Assembly: GCA_038064895.1 (NCBI GenBank)
Contig: JBBTSA010000010.1
Span: 182,616-246,615 of the forward strand
From: Patescibacteria group bacterium
GTDB lineage: Bacteria; Patescibacteriota; Microgenomatia; Daviesbacterales; UBA10151
DNA: 64,000 nt
Direction: 5' to 3'
Both the position numbers and the translations under genes were made by a program. Positions 40,127-48,908 of this stretch are shown here, one piece after another. Numbering within the stretch: the stretch's first letter is position 1; every line of letters starts with the position of its first letter. The notes below the pieces were generated by a model. That model was not told the origin of the DNA, did not search any database, and saw nothing but the letters and a program-made list of their open reading frames with translations.

Positions 40127-40852
40127 ATCATTAATTCTAATTCTTACCATATCATAAATTGCAGCTGCTGCATCTTTAATAACCTGTACTCTTTCCGTAT
40201 CAACATATTTCCATTCCACATCCACTTCTGCAATTTTAAACCCATATTTTTTTGCCAAATATAAAATCTCCACATCAAATCCGGCATTGACTGCCCCACC
40301 TTTAAAATGAAGCACCCCCCACTCCCCTTTTATTTTTGGAATAATTTTTCCAACTACCTTTTTATTAAAAGCCTTAAACCCGCACTGTGTATCTTTAAAT
40401 GAAAGCCCAAGAATAAGTCCTCTTAATATAGAGAAAGACCATGCTGCAAATTTCCTAACTGCCGGTGCTCCCGCTCTTCCATGTCTTAAGCCAATAACCA
40501 AATCAAAACCTTCTTCAAGCTTTGGAATAAATTTATCCATTTGATCAATTGGTGTTGCCTGATCCATATCTGTAAATAAAACTATGTCTCCTCTTGACTC
40601 CTCCATACCTCTCATAACTGCCATTGCCTTTCCTCCATGGGAAACTTCTATCAATTTCCACCGCTTTTTTCCTTTGATGAAGTTTTCTATCAATCCTTTT
40701 GTTTGATCTTCCGATCCATCATCAACAATAACTACTTCATAACTTACTCCACTTTTCTCCATATATTCTTCCACCTCATTTAGTACTCCCTTCCTCAAAT
40801 TTCTCTCCTCATTATATGCGGGTATTACTAAAGACAAGTTAATAGTTTTCAT
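40103..40852 (-). CDS. GT2 polyprenyl/dolichyl-phosphate sugar synthase (DPM1/ArnC-like).
   Basis: '[14 protein letters not shown]...[12 protein letters not shown]...FTDMDQATP...[11 protein letters not shown]'. Confidence 0.75.
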   Translation of the reverse strand: MKTINLSLVIPAYNEERNLRKGVLNEVEEYMEKSGVSYEVVIVDDGSEDQTKGLIENFIKGKKRWKLIEVSHGGKAMAVMRGMEESRGDIVLFTDMDQATPIDQMDKFIPKLEEGFDLVIGLRHGRAGAPAVRKFAAWSFSILRGLILGLSFKDTQCGFKAFNKKVVGKIIPKIKGEWGVLHFKGGAVNAGFDVEILYLAKKYGFKIAEVDVEWKYVDTERVQVIKDAAAAIYDMVRIRINDLRGKYGR

Positions 40853-40855
40853 TTT

Positions 40856-43000
40856 TCAGTTTTTAACTTTTAATTCTTCAGGATTATGTATCAATTTGTA
40901 AATTCTTACTCCATTTACTTCCCACTCCTTTTCAACTATTGCCCATCCAAAGTGGGAAATTTCCTGTTTAGGATGACCTACAGGGTTGCAAACAGGATCC
41001 TCACAAACAACAAAAAGCTGATCTGTTTTTGTAAAAGGTAATTGCTGTGGTTTATGTCCAAACTCATCCAAATAAAACTGGTAAGACGGATCATAATTTC
41101 TTTCTGCTAGTAAAGCAAAATTAAAGGGTCTATACTCCGATTGTTCAATGATAAACTTTGCAACATCCTTGGCTCTTCCAAGTTGATTATTTGGAGGATT
41201 TTTAAGAGGACTCTTTTCAAGATTAAGAAAAATAAGAGTTATGATTAGAAGTCCTAAAATAAGAGTTTTAAATTTTTTTGATATTTTAAGAGTTGCCAAT
41301 GAGCCAAAAAGAAGAAAGGGCACAGGATTTAAAAATCCCAAATAATGATCGTAGATGTCCTTTTGGTAAAAAGAAACTCCTAGAAGTCCTACAATAAGCC
41401 ATACCCCCAAAGCAAATGTTGGCCAGCTTTTTCTGAAAAGGGCTAAAAGTATTAGAATTGATAGAATTAAAGCAAGCTGCATATTTTCCCCAGCCATATA
41501 TCTTCCTATTAAGTTTTCCGAAAAAATTTGAGGGATCTTTTTAAAATTTTCAAATATGTTCCCTGAAACTGCGTTTGAAGTTGTAAAAAACTCCCTTATT
41601 GCTCTGTAATTTAAAAAATTGTGTTTAAGGTCAAACATTAAAAGTGGCGACATTACAACTAAAAATACAACTACTGCTCCTACAGTCCCCTGCCAAAAAT
41701 ATCTCCCCTTTTTTGTAATAAATTCAAAAATCCAAAAAATCCCAAGTATCGGAAGCAAAATTAATGCAAGGTAATGCATTTGTAAAGCCGCAGCGGCGGA
41801 TGCTCCTGTTAAAATTAACCACCTCGAATTCCCTGTGGAATGAGCTTTATAAAAACCTAATACCGCAAGTAATGCAAAAAAGGGAGTGGGATTAGGATTC
41901 CAGGAAAAATTTGAATAATTTATTGTCACGGGTGATATTGCGTAAAAAAAACTTGCAATAAGTCCGCTCATCCTTCCAAACCAAACTTTCCCAAAGTAGT
42001 ATATTAGAAATACACAAGTAACTCCAATTAAAGCATTCATTACGGAAGCCGAAACGGGGTTGAGGTTTGTTAGTACCATGGGTATAAACATCATGTAATA
42101 ATAGAGAGGCCCCAAATAAATATTTCCTACGGATGATGGGGGACCAATGGCTGGAAAATTTTTACCCTTCACCATATCTTGAACAATCAAAACATCTCTG
42201 CCCTCATCACCTAAAAATAGCATGTACTCATCTATTCTATAAAGACGAAAGAAAGCGGCCAGAACTAAAACACCTATTAGAAGTAAAAAAAGAAATTTTT
42301 GATCCTTCAGTTTCCACCAAAGCCTTAAAAGATCAACATACGAGCGGATAATTACTGTAAGAGTTGCACCGGTTGGCTTTCCTGAAAGTCTTGGATAATG
42401 ACTAACCCCAACTTGCGCAATTTTAAATCCGGCCTTTTTTACCTTTATTGCAAGTTCCGCATTTATCATTGCCCCACGGGTTGACTCAAGATGAGGAATT
42501 TTCTCTAAAACATTTTTTTTAATCATCTTAAAACCGCAGTCAACATCTCTAAATGTTAATCCAAAGAATATAAAAAGTGAGGCCTTCCAGCCTTTTTTAA
42601 ATAAAATCCGCAAATATGGATCCTGCCTTTTAATGCGGTATCCCAGGATAAGATCATGCTCTTCAATTTTTTCTAAAAATTTTTCAACTTCCGCAAAATC
42701 AAACTGTCTGTCTCCATCCGTATAACAAACAGTGTCGTATTTTGCATTATAAAACCCCGATTTTAATGCTTCTCCATATCCTAAATTTTTCTCATGATGA
42801 ATTACTTTAATCTTGGGATTGTCTTCGGAAAGCCTATCTGCTATTTGTCCTGTTTTATCTGATGAACCATCATCAATAAGCAAAATCTCATAATCTATTT
42901 TTAAATTATTTAATACAGAAATTGCTTTTTCTACACTTTGCTGAACGTTTCCTTCCTCATTATATAGAGGGAAAAATACAGATAGATTTTTAACTGGCAT
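40856..43000 (-). CDS. Bifunctional fusion: N-terminal GT2 polyprenyl-phosphate sugar synthase (~230 aa) plus C-terminal ArnT/PMT-like GT-C membrane glycosyltransferase (~480 aa).
   Basis: N-terminus 'LSVFFPLYNEEGNV...LLIDDGSSDKT...YTDGDRQ...FRDVDCGFKMI'. C-terminus multi-TM 'LFLGDEGRDVLIVQDMV...YYFGKVWFGRMSGLIASFFYAISPVTINYS', homologous to 48909-50414 and 61763-63238. Confidence 0.65.
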   Translation of the reverse strand: MPVKNLSVFFPLYNEEGNVQQSVEKAISVLNNLKIDYEILLIDDGSSDKTGQIADRLSEDNPKIKVIHHEKNLGYGEALKSGFYNAKYDTVCYTDGDRQFDFAEVEKFLEKIEEHDLILGYRIKRQDPYLRILFKKGWKASLFIFFGLTFRDVDCGFKMIKKNVLEKIPHLESTRGAMINAELAIKVKKAGFKIAQVGVSHYPRLSGKPTGATLTVIIRSYVDLLRLWWKLKDQKFLFLLLIGVLVLAAFFRLYRIDEYMLFLGDEGRDVLIVQDMVKGKNFPAIGPPSSVGNIYLGPLYYYMMFIPMVLTNLNPVSASVMNALIGVTCVFLIYYFGKVWFGRMSGLIASFFYAISPVTINYSNFSWNPNPTPFFALLAVLGFYKAHSTGNSRWLILTGASAAAALQMHYLALILLPILGIFWIFEFITKKGRYFWQGTVGAVVVFLVVMSPLLMFDLKHNFLNYRAIREFFTTSNAVSGNIFENFKKIPQIFSENLIGRYMAGENMQLALILSILILLALFRKSWPTFALGVWLIVGLLGVSFYQKDIYDHYLGFLNPVPFLLFGSLATLKISKKFKTLILGLLIITLIFLNLEKSPLKNPPNNQLGRAKDVAKFIIEQSEYRPFNFALLAERNYDPSYQFYLDEFGHKPQQLPFTKTDQLFVVCEDPVCNPVGHPKQEISHFGWAIVEKEWEVNGVRIYKLIHNPEELKVKN

Positions 43001-43022
43001 GGTAATATGCTAACATCAAATT

Positions 43023-44171
43023 ATGAACAAAACAACGAAAAACCTTGGTTTAATAGCAATTTTAACTTTCATCATAACCATAACTATCTGGCTGCCTCAC
43101 ATTTTAGCTCTTCCCAATTTTTGGGGACTAAATTTTTCAAACGGCTTTGCGTCAGTTTATAGAAATTTTGACGGTTTGGAATATATTGTTATTGCAAAAA
43201 GTTTTTATAATCCCGAAATTATAAAAGATTTCCCCTATTCTTTAAATCCAAATTATTATGCCTCCCACTTTCCGGGTTATGCTCTCCTTATTGCCCTTTT
43301 TGCACCCTTTTTAGGATACCTTAAATCCATGCTTGCTGTTTCTTTCTTATCAACAATACTTGCTACTTGGGCTTTCTATTTACTGGTACGCGATTTTAAG
43401 CTTACTGCAAATCCCCTTCTTCTTTCATTAATTTTTCTAATTTTACCTGCACGCTGGCTAATAGTTCATTCTGTAGGATCTTCCGAACCAACCTTTATAT
43501 TACTTTTAATAATGGCTGTTTATTTTTTTATGAAGTTTGAAACATCAGGTAAATTCTCCTTCTTAACTTTGTCCGGCCTTTTTGGTGCAACTTCACAACT
43601 GACAAGACCTCCCGGGATTTTGCTTATGACTGCATTAGGACTCTATATATTATGGCGTTTTTTAAAAAAACGTTCCCTTTCTTATATATTTTCATTTTAT
43701 CCGCTCCTTTTTATTCCTCTTACACTTTTAGGAATTTTCTACTTTTACTTACTTACTTATCAGGATTTTTTTGCTTATTTTCACAGTGGAGATAATATTC
43801 ATTTAACTTTCCCCCCATTTCAGGTTTTCAACAAGGATCAATTTTGGGTAGGAGAGGCTTGGCTTGAGGATATTATCTATATTTTTATATTGGGTTTTCT
43901 GGCATCTATAATGCTACTTAAGCAAAAACTTTATGTTTTTGCATTTTTTGTATTGACATACCTTACAGCATCAACATTCATTGCACATCGTGACATCTCA
44001 AGATATTTGCTTCCCATAACTCCTTTTGTCTTAATTGCCTTTGAGAAAGTTTTGGTGAGTAAGGAATTTAAAATTATCTTACCTATTATTGCTTTGGCAA
44101 TATATCTTTATGCTCAAAATTTTATTCTCCAAAATACTGCTCCAATTCCAAACCTACAACTTTATAACTAA
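43023..44171 (+). CDS. Polytopic membrane protein, GT-C-like (tentative).
   Basis: 382 aa, ~10 TM helices, loop 'YRNFDGLEYIVIAKSFYNPEII'. Divergent from 40856-43000 with only a 22-nt gap. Confidence 0.35.
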   Translation: MNKTTKNLGLIAILTFIITITIWLPHILALPNFWGLNFSNGFASVYRNFDGLEYIVIAKSFYNPEIIKDFPYSLNPNYYASHFPGYALLIALFAPFLGYLKSMLAVSFLSTILATWAFYLLVRDFKLTANPLLLSLIFLILPARWLIVHSVGSSEPTFILLLIMAVYFFMKFETSGKFSFLTLSGLFGATSQLTRPPGILLMTALGLYILWRFLKKRSLSYIFSFYPLLFIPLTLLGIFYFYLLTYQDFFAYFHSGDNIHLTFPPFQVFNKDQFWVGEAWLEDIIYIFILGFLASIMLLKQKLYVFAFFVLTYLTASTFIAHRDISRYLLPITPFVLIAFEKVLVSKEFKIILPIIALAIYLYAQNFILQNTAPIPNLQLYN

Positions 44172-44172
44172 T

Positions 44173-45357
44173 CTAATCCTCTTGATGTCTCCAGGTTACT
44201 AAATGATTCACCATAAAATTCCAAATCATAACAGGTGGGATTGTTGCAAAGAAATAAAAATTATTATATGCAATCTTTCTCCATCCCAGATCCACAAATC
44301 CATCTCCATAAGTTAAATGTAAAAATTTAACTATCAATACCCCTATTATTAGACCTCCTAGACTGACCAAGTTGAAAATTCCAAGCTTTTGCCAAAAAGA
44401 GGTTTTGGTTTTTCTGTATCTGAAAGTCCAAAAATTATTCAATATAAAATTATTTACAATCGCAATCTCTGTTGAAATCCCTTTTGATGTTGCAGGAGGA
44501 AAACCTAAAGCATTTATAAAAACTTTGTAAAAGAAAAAGTCAACCAGAGTACCTGTAAATCCAACAAGCCCGAATTTAACAGGGGTTTTGGCTCTTCTGC
44601 TTATCTTAAATAGAGGTATCTTTATTCCCAACTGTTTAAATTTTGCATCAAGACAGTATGTAATTACATCATAAGTATAGTTGAAAACTTTATTTTTGGA
44701 ATATCCCTCAAGACGGTTTTTGAAAATTAAGGGAACCTCTTTATATTTTGCGCCGGATAAAATTGCCTCATGTAAAAAAGCAGGCTGCACTATAAAAGTC
44801 TTTTCTCTCCAAGGAAGCCTATGTAAGTTAATCTTTTTGAAAAGTGCAGGGGTAAAAGCTCTTGCCGAATTTGTAAACTCTTTTATGTCGGACGGACCCA
44901 TTACAACCCTGCAAAAGGCTGATGCACCATAAGTAAAAAGTCTACGCCCGAAAGTAAGCTGATTTTTCCCACCCTCTACAAACCTTGAACCAATAGCCAG
45001 GGTGTAACCTTCCTCTATTGCTTTTATAAGCCTTACTAAAACATCCGGAACAACCTGTCCGTCTGCATCAAGTTGGGCAAGTATATTGGGTTTAAGTTTC
45101 TCTATAGAATATTTGTGTCCTAAAATAAGCCCTGCTCCCAAACCAGGATCTACTTTGAGAAGATGGATTCTTTTATTTTTACTTACCAAACCTCTTACAA
45201 TCTCATCGGTTCCATCAGAAGTCCTGATATCATCGCAAACAACTATATGAATTTCATATCCTTCCAAAATCTTTGCTTGCTCTAAAACTTTTTCAATGGT
45301 TTGGGCAATATTTGCTCTTTCGTTAAAGGTGGGTAAAACTACCGATACTATCTTCAT
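44173..45357 (-). CDS. GT2 (DPM1-like) fused to a C-terminal GtrA-like membrane domain.
   Basis: 'VSVVLPTFNERANI...HIVVCDD...QLDADGQ'. C-terminus 'GLVGFTGTLVDFFFYKVFINALG...IVNNFILNNFWTFR' carries the GtrA signature. Confidence 0.7.
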   Translation of the reverse strand: MKIVSVVLPTFNERANIAQTIEKVLEQAKILEGYEIHIVVCDDIRTSDGTDEIVRGLVSKNKRIHLLKVDPGLGAGLILGHKYSIEKLKPNILAQLDADGQVVPDVLVRLIKAIEEGYTLAIGSRFVEGGKNQLTFGRRLFTYGASAFCRVVMGPSDIKEFTNSARAFTPALFKKINLHRLPWREKTFIVQPAFLHEAILSGAKYKEVPLIFKNRLEGYSKNKVFNYTYDVITYCLDAKFKQLGIKIPLFKISRRAKTPVKFGLVGFTGTLVDFFFYKVFINALGFPPATSKGISTEIAIVNNFILNNFWTFRYRKTKTSFWQKLGIFNLVSLGGLIIGVLIVKFLHLTYGDGFVDLGWRKIAYNNFYFFATIPPVMIWNFMVNHLVTWRHQED

Positions 45358-46373
45358 CAGGAAAACTTTGCAAGATCCGAGTGAACCATAACTTTCACTA
45401 AATCCTTAAATTTAGTCTTTGGCTCCCATCCTAAAACTTTTTTGGCCTTCGAGGCATCCCCGCATAGCGGACCTGTTTGTACAGGAGGAATAAAATGAGG
45501 GTCTGTCACAACAAAATCTTTCCAGTCTAAATTAACAACAGAGAAAGCTTGTTCTGCAAATTCTTTAACGCTGTGAGTTTCACCTGTTGCTATAACAAAA
45601 TCATCAGGTTTATCTTGTTGCAACATCATCCACATAGCTTCAACATAATCGGGCGCATATCCCCAATCCCTTTTTGCATCCAAGTCCCCAAGCTTTAACT
45701 TACCGTTTTTTACAATCGGCTCGCCTATTTCATTTAAAGGTATCTCTTCTTTTTTACCGTTTTTAATACAGGCAACTGCTGCAGTTATTTTTCTTGTAAC
45801 AAAATTTAAACCCCTTCTTGGGCTTTCATGATTAAATAAAATCCCGCAGGAAATAAATTGTGGACTCTTGCGATCCGATCTTGCAATTTGCGCCATTCTG
45901 TGAGCAAACTCTTTGGAAGCAGCATAAGGATTCGTAGGATTAAAAGGGGTATCTTCATTTTGCGGACTTTGTTTTGGTATACCAAACATTTCCGATGTGG
46001 ATGCCTGATAGATTTTTGCATCCGGAACAATCTGTTTTGCCCGTTCAAATACATGAAGAGCTCCAACACCTGTTATCATAATTGATGCAAATTTGTCCGT
46101 AAAAGATCCCAAAGGCGAAGATAAAGAAGCAAGATTATAAATCTCACCGGGCTTAAAATCCAAAAGTGCAAGTGCTATGGATTCGGGAGATTGCAGGTCA
46201 CCATAATATATCTTTACCTCTTCTTTAATCTCGTCAATGTTTCCAAGATCGGAAACAGCAGTTCGTCTAACTAACCCTGCAACTTCATATCCTTTACCCA
46301 ATAAAAACTCCGTCAGGTATGAGCCGTCCTGACCCGAGATTCCTGTTATGAATGCCCTTTTGTTACTTGCCAT
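45357..46373 (-). CDS. gmd: GDP-mannose 4,6-dehydratase.
   Basis: 'KRAFITGISGQDGSYLTEFLLGKGYEVAGLVRR' and 'YAASKEFAH' (YxxxK) match the Gmd N-terminus. C-terminal 'DASKAKKVLGWEPK'. Confidence 0.8.
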   Translation of the reverse strand: MASNKRAFITGISGQDGSYLTEFLLGKGYEVAGLVRRTAVSDLGNIDEIKEEVKIYYGDLQSPESIALALLDFKPGEIYNLASLSSPLGSFTDKFASIMITGVGALHVFERAKQIVPDAKIYQASTSEMFGIPKQSPQNEDTPFNPTNPYAASKEFAHRMAQIARSDRKSPQFISCGILFNHESPRRGLNFVTRKITAAVACIKNGKKEEIPLNEIGEPIVKNGKLKLGDLDAKRDWGYAPDYVEAMWMMLQQDKPDDFVIATGETHSVKEFAEQAFSVVNLDWKDFVVTDPHFIPPVQTGPLCGDASKAKKVLGWEPKTKFKDLVKVMVHSDLAKFS

Positions 46374-46399
46374 AATCTTTTGTTACTATACCTAATTCT

Positions 46400-47287
46400 C
46401 TAATCCTTTTCAATCTCCTGTCTAAAAACTTTAATATTTTCTTCAACTGTTGCTAAAATCCCATCTCCAAACTCCCTAATAAACTTGGTGGGATCAAGCC
46501 ACGAGTACTTAAGTATTGGAGCCTTTTTATCTTTGTTGTATTCATCCAAAGTAATAGGCTCTACTAAAGATGCGTCTAAATTAAATTCTTTTGCCAAAAG
46601 TTTTGCAAACTCAAAAGGGGTAGTCCAATTTGTCGATACAACATGAAATAATCCCGGTGGCCTTTTTTTAATAATGGCAAACAAAGCATTAGCTACATAT
46701 TCAACAAAAATGGGAGTTACTCTTGCATCCGATATTGCTTTTATCTTACGGTTACGGTTTAATTGCTCCAGGAAAAATCTTGCAATATCCTTTTTTAATT
46801 CGTAGTGCGGGCTAAAAGGCATTGCAATCCGAACTATACTAAACTTACAACCGCTATTTAAAACTTCCTGCTCTGCAAAATATTTTGTTTGCCCGTACCA
46901 ATTTTTAGGATCAGGCGTATCCTCTTCCGTATACGGTGCATCCGATTTCGTACCGTTGAAAACGTAATCTGTAGATATGTGAATTAAATAAACACCTTTT
47001 TTACTGCAAGCATCTGCAATATTTTTTGCGCCCCTGACATTAATCAGGTAACAGAGTCCACTCCTACCTCCTTTCTGCTCTTCAGCCCCCTGCACATTTG
47101 TAAATGCTGCGAAATTAACAGTGACATCAGGTCTAAAATCTTCTAAAGCTAAGTCAAGTTGATCTTTATTTAATATATCAACCTCATTAATAAGAGGGGC
47201 TTTTATTAGAAACTTACTCCTATAAATTTTGATAAAATGGGAACCAACTAAGCCGCTCCCTCCAAAAACCAGCAGTCTAGTTTCCAT
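46400..47287 (-). CDS. rmlD: dTDP-4-dehydrorhamnose reductase.
   Basis: 'LLVFGGSGLVGSH...FRPDVTVNFAAFT...HISTDYVFNGTK...YGQTKYFAE' resembles the RmlD substrate-binding family. Adjacent to rmlC and rmlB. Confidence 0.75.
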   Translation of the reverse strand: METRLLVFGGSGLVGSHFIKIYRSKFLIKAPLINEVDILNKDQLDLALEDFRPDVTVNFAAFTNVQGAEEQKGGRSGLCYLINVRGAKNIADACSKKGVYLIHISTDYVFNGTKSDAPYTEEDTPDPKNWYGQTKYFAEQEVLNSGCKFSIVRIAMPFSPHYELKKDIARFFLEQLNRNRKIKAISDARVTPIFVEYVANALFAIIKKRPPGLFHVVSTNWTTPFEFAKLLAKEFNLDASLVEPITLDEYNKDKKAPILKYSWLDPTKFIREFGDGILATVEENIKVFRQEIEKD

Positions 47288-47835
47288 TATTTGAATCTCT
47301 TCGGGAATAGGTCTCTAAGATAAGGATTCTTTCTATCCCTTTGTGAAATAATTGGATTGGAAATAGGCCATTTTATTGCTAAATCCGGATCATCCCAGGC
47401 AATGGCCCTGGTATCACGACCATCCCAGTAAGCATCCACTAAATATGCATAATCTACTCCTTTTTCTCCTGTGACACAAAAAGAATTAGCAAGTCCAATC
47501 GGTACAAAAAGTCCTATCCTCCTTTCATCATTAATTTTAAAAGTTTCTACCTTGGCAAAGGTAGAGGAGTTTTCTCTTAAATCAACTATTGCAATAAATA
47601 CTTCTCCGGAAAGCGGATAAATAATTTTGTTCCACTCCTCGGCGTGAATACCTCTAATTACTCCGGGGATGGAATAAGAATGATTCATTTGCACCGGTTC
47701 AAACTTTATGCCTAAGAAATTTTCCAAATCATCTTTTCGAAACAATTCTCTAAAAAAACCTCTCTTATCTTTAAAGATCGGTCTTTCTAAAATTAAAAGT
47801 CCGTCAATTGAAGTTTTTTTAATAAAATCTGCCAT
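47287..47835 (-). CDS. rmlC: dTDP-4-dehydrorhamnose 3,5-epimerase.
   Basis: 'IDGLLILERPIFKDKRGFFRELF...IRGIHAE', cupin RmlC signature. 182 aa. Confidence 0.8.
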   Translation of the reverse strand: MADFIKKTSIDGLLILERPIFKDKRGFFRELFRKDDLENFLGIKFEPVQMNHSYSIPGVIRGIHAEEWNKIIYPLSGEVFIAIVDLRENSSTFAKVETFKINDERRIGLFVPIGLANSFCVTGEKGVDYAYLVDAYWDGRDTRAIAWDDPDLAIKWPISNPIISQRDRKNPYLRDLFPKRFK

Positions 47836-47836
47836 C

Positions 47837-48841
47837 TTAGCCTTTGTATGACTTTTGCGCTACTCTGTCAACATTTGGCCTGCCTTTTTTTAAAGGCTTC
47901 CACCACCACGCATTCTTTTTATACCACCTAACAGTTTCTAAAAGCCACTCATCAAATGGATGTGCCGGCTGCCAGCCTAAACTCTTAAGTTTACGATCGT
48001 CTATAGCATATCTAAAATCATGACCTAATCTGTGTCCCACATTTTCTATCCAGGACTCATCTTTTTCTAAAATCTTAAGAATTTTTTTTGCAACTTCTAT
48101 ATTTGTTTTTTCCTCCCCGCCAACACAGTAAGTTTCTCCCAACTCACCTTTTTGTAAAACCGTATCTATTGCCCTTGAGTGATCATCAACATATAGCCAG
48201 TCCCTGATATTTTCTCCTTCACCCATAAGTGGTACTTTTTTACCTTCAAGCAAATTTGTAATAAAACGGGGGATAAGTTTCTCGATATCCTGATAAGGAC
48301 CAAAATTATTTGAACAGTTTGTAATAGTGATCGGTAAACCGTAAGTTTGGTAATATGATCTTACTAAATGATCCGATCCTGCCTTTGAAGCAGAGTATGG
48401 AGTTCGGGGTGAATATGGGGTATTTTCATTAAATGGAGGATCTTTCGGACCTAATTGTCCAAATACTTCATCTGTTGATATATGATGAAATCTTTTTACT
48501 TTTGTATCCAAGGCAGCGTTTAGTAAAACCGCAGTACCTAAAACATTTGTTCTTACAAACTGCAGGGGATCAATGATTGACCTATCAACATGTGATTCTG
48601 CCGCAAAGTGAACAACTAAGTCCATACCTTCCATAGCTTTTCCAACAAATGCCTCATCACAAATATCTCCTTTAATAAAACTATAGTTTGGATTAGTCTT
48701 AAGATCCTTAAGACTTTCCAAATGTCCGGCATATGTTAATGCATCCAGGTTAACAATTTGATCTTGAGGATGATACTCCAACCAGTAATGGATAAAATTA
48801 GATCCAATAAATCCGGCTCCGCCTGTCACTAAAATTTTCAT
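47837..48841 (-). CDS. rmlB: dTDP-glucose 4,6-dehydratase.
   Basis: 'MKILVTGGAGFIGSNFIHYWL...NLDALTYAG...YSASKAGSDHLVRSY'. Confidence 0.8.
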   Translation of the reverse strand: MKILVTGGAGFIGSNFIHYWLEYHPQDQIVNLDALTYAGHLESLKDLKTNPNYSFIKGDICDEAFVGKAMEGMDLVVHFAAESHVDRSIIDPLQFVRTNVLGTAVLLNAALDTKVKRFHHISTDEVFGQLGPKDPPFNENTPYSPRTPYSASKAGSDHLVRSYYQTYGLPITITNCSNNFGPYQDIEKLIPRFITNLLEGKKVPLMGEGENIRDWLYVDDHSRAIDTVLQKGELGETYCVGGEEKTNIEVAKKILKILEKDESWIENVGHRLGHDFRYAIDDRKLKSLGWQPAHPFDEWLLETVRWYKKNAWWWKPLKKGRPNVDRVAQKSYKG

Positions 48842-48908
48842 GCAATAAATTTTATCATATATGTTGAGTATTTGACCTAAATAATAGCATAATAACCTAA
48901 GTTAAGTT

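Noticed and set aside
48842-48908. Divergent promoter between rmlB and 48909, with TTGACC at ~48874.
   Set aside because: No convincing -10 element at 17±1 spacing. The AT-richness makes hexamer matches unreliable without transcription start data.
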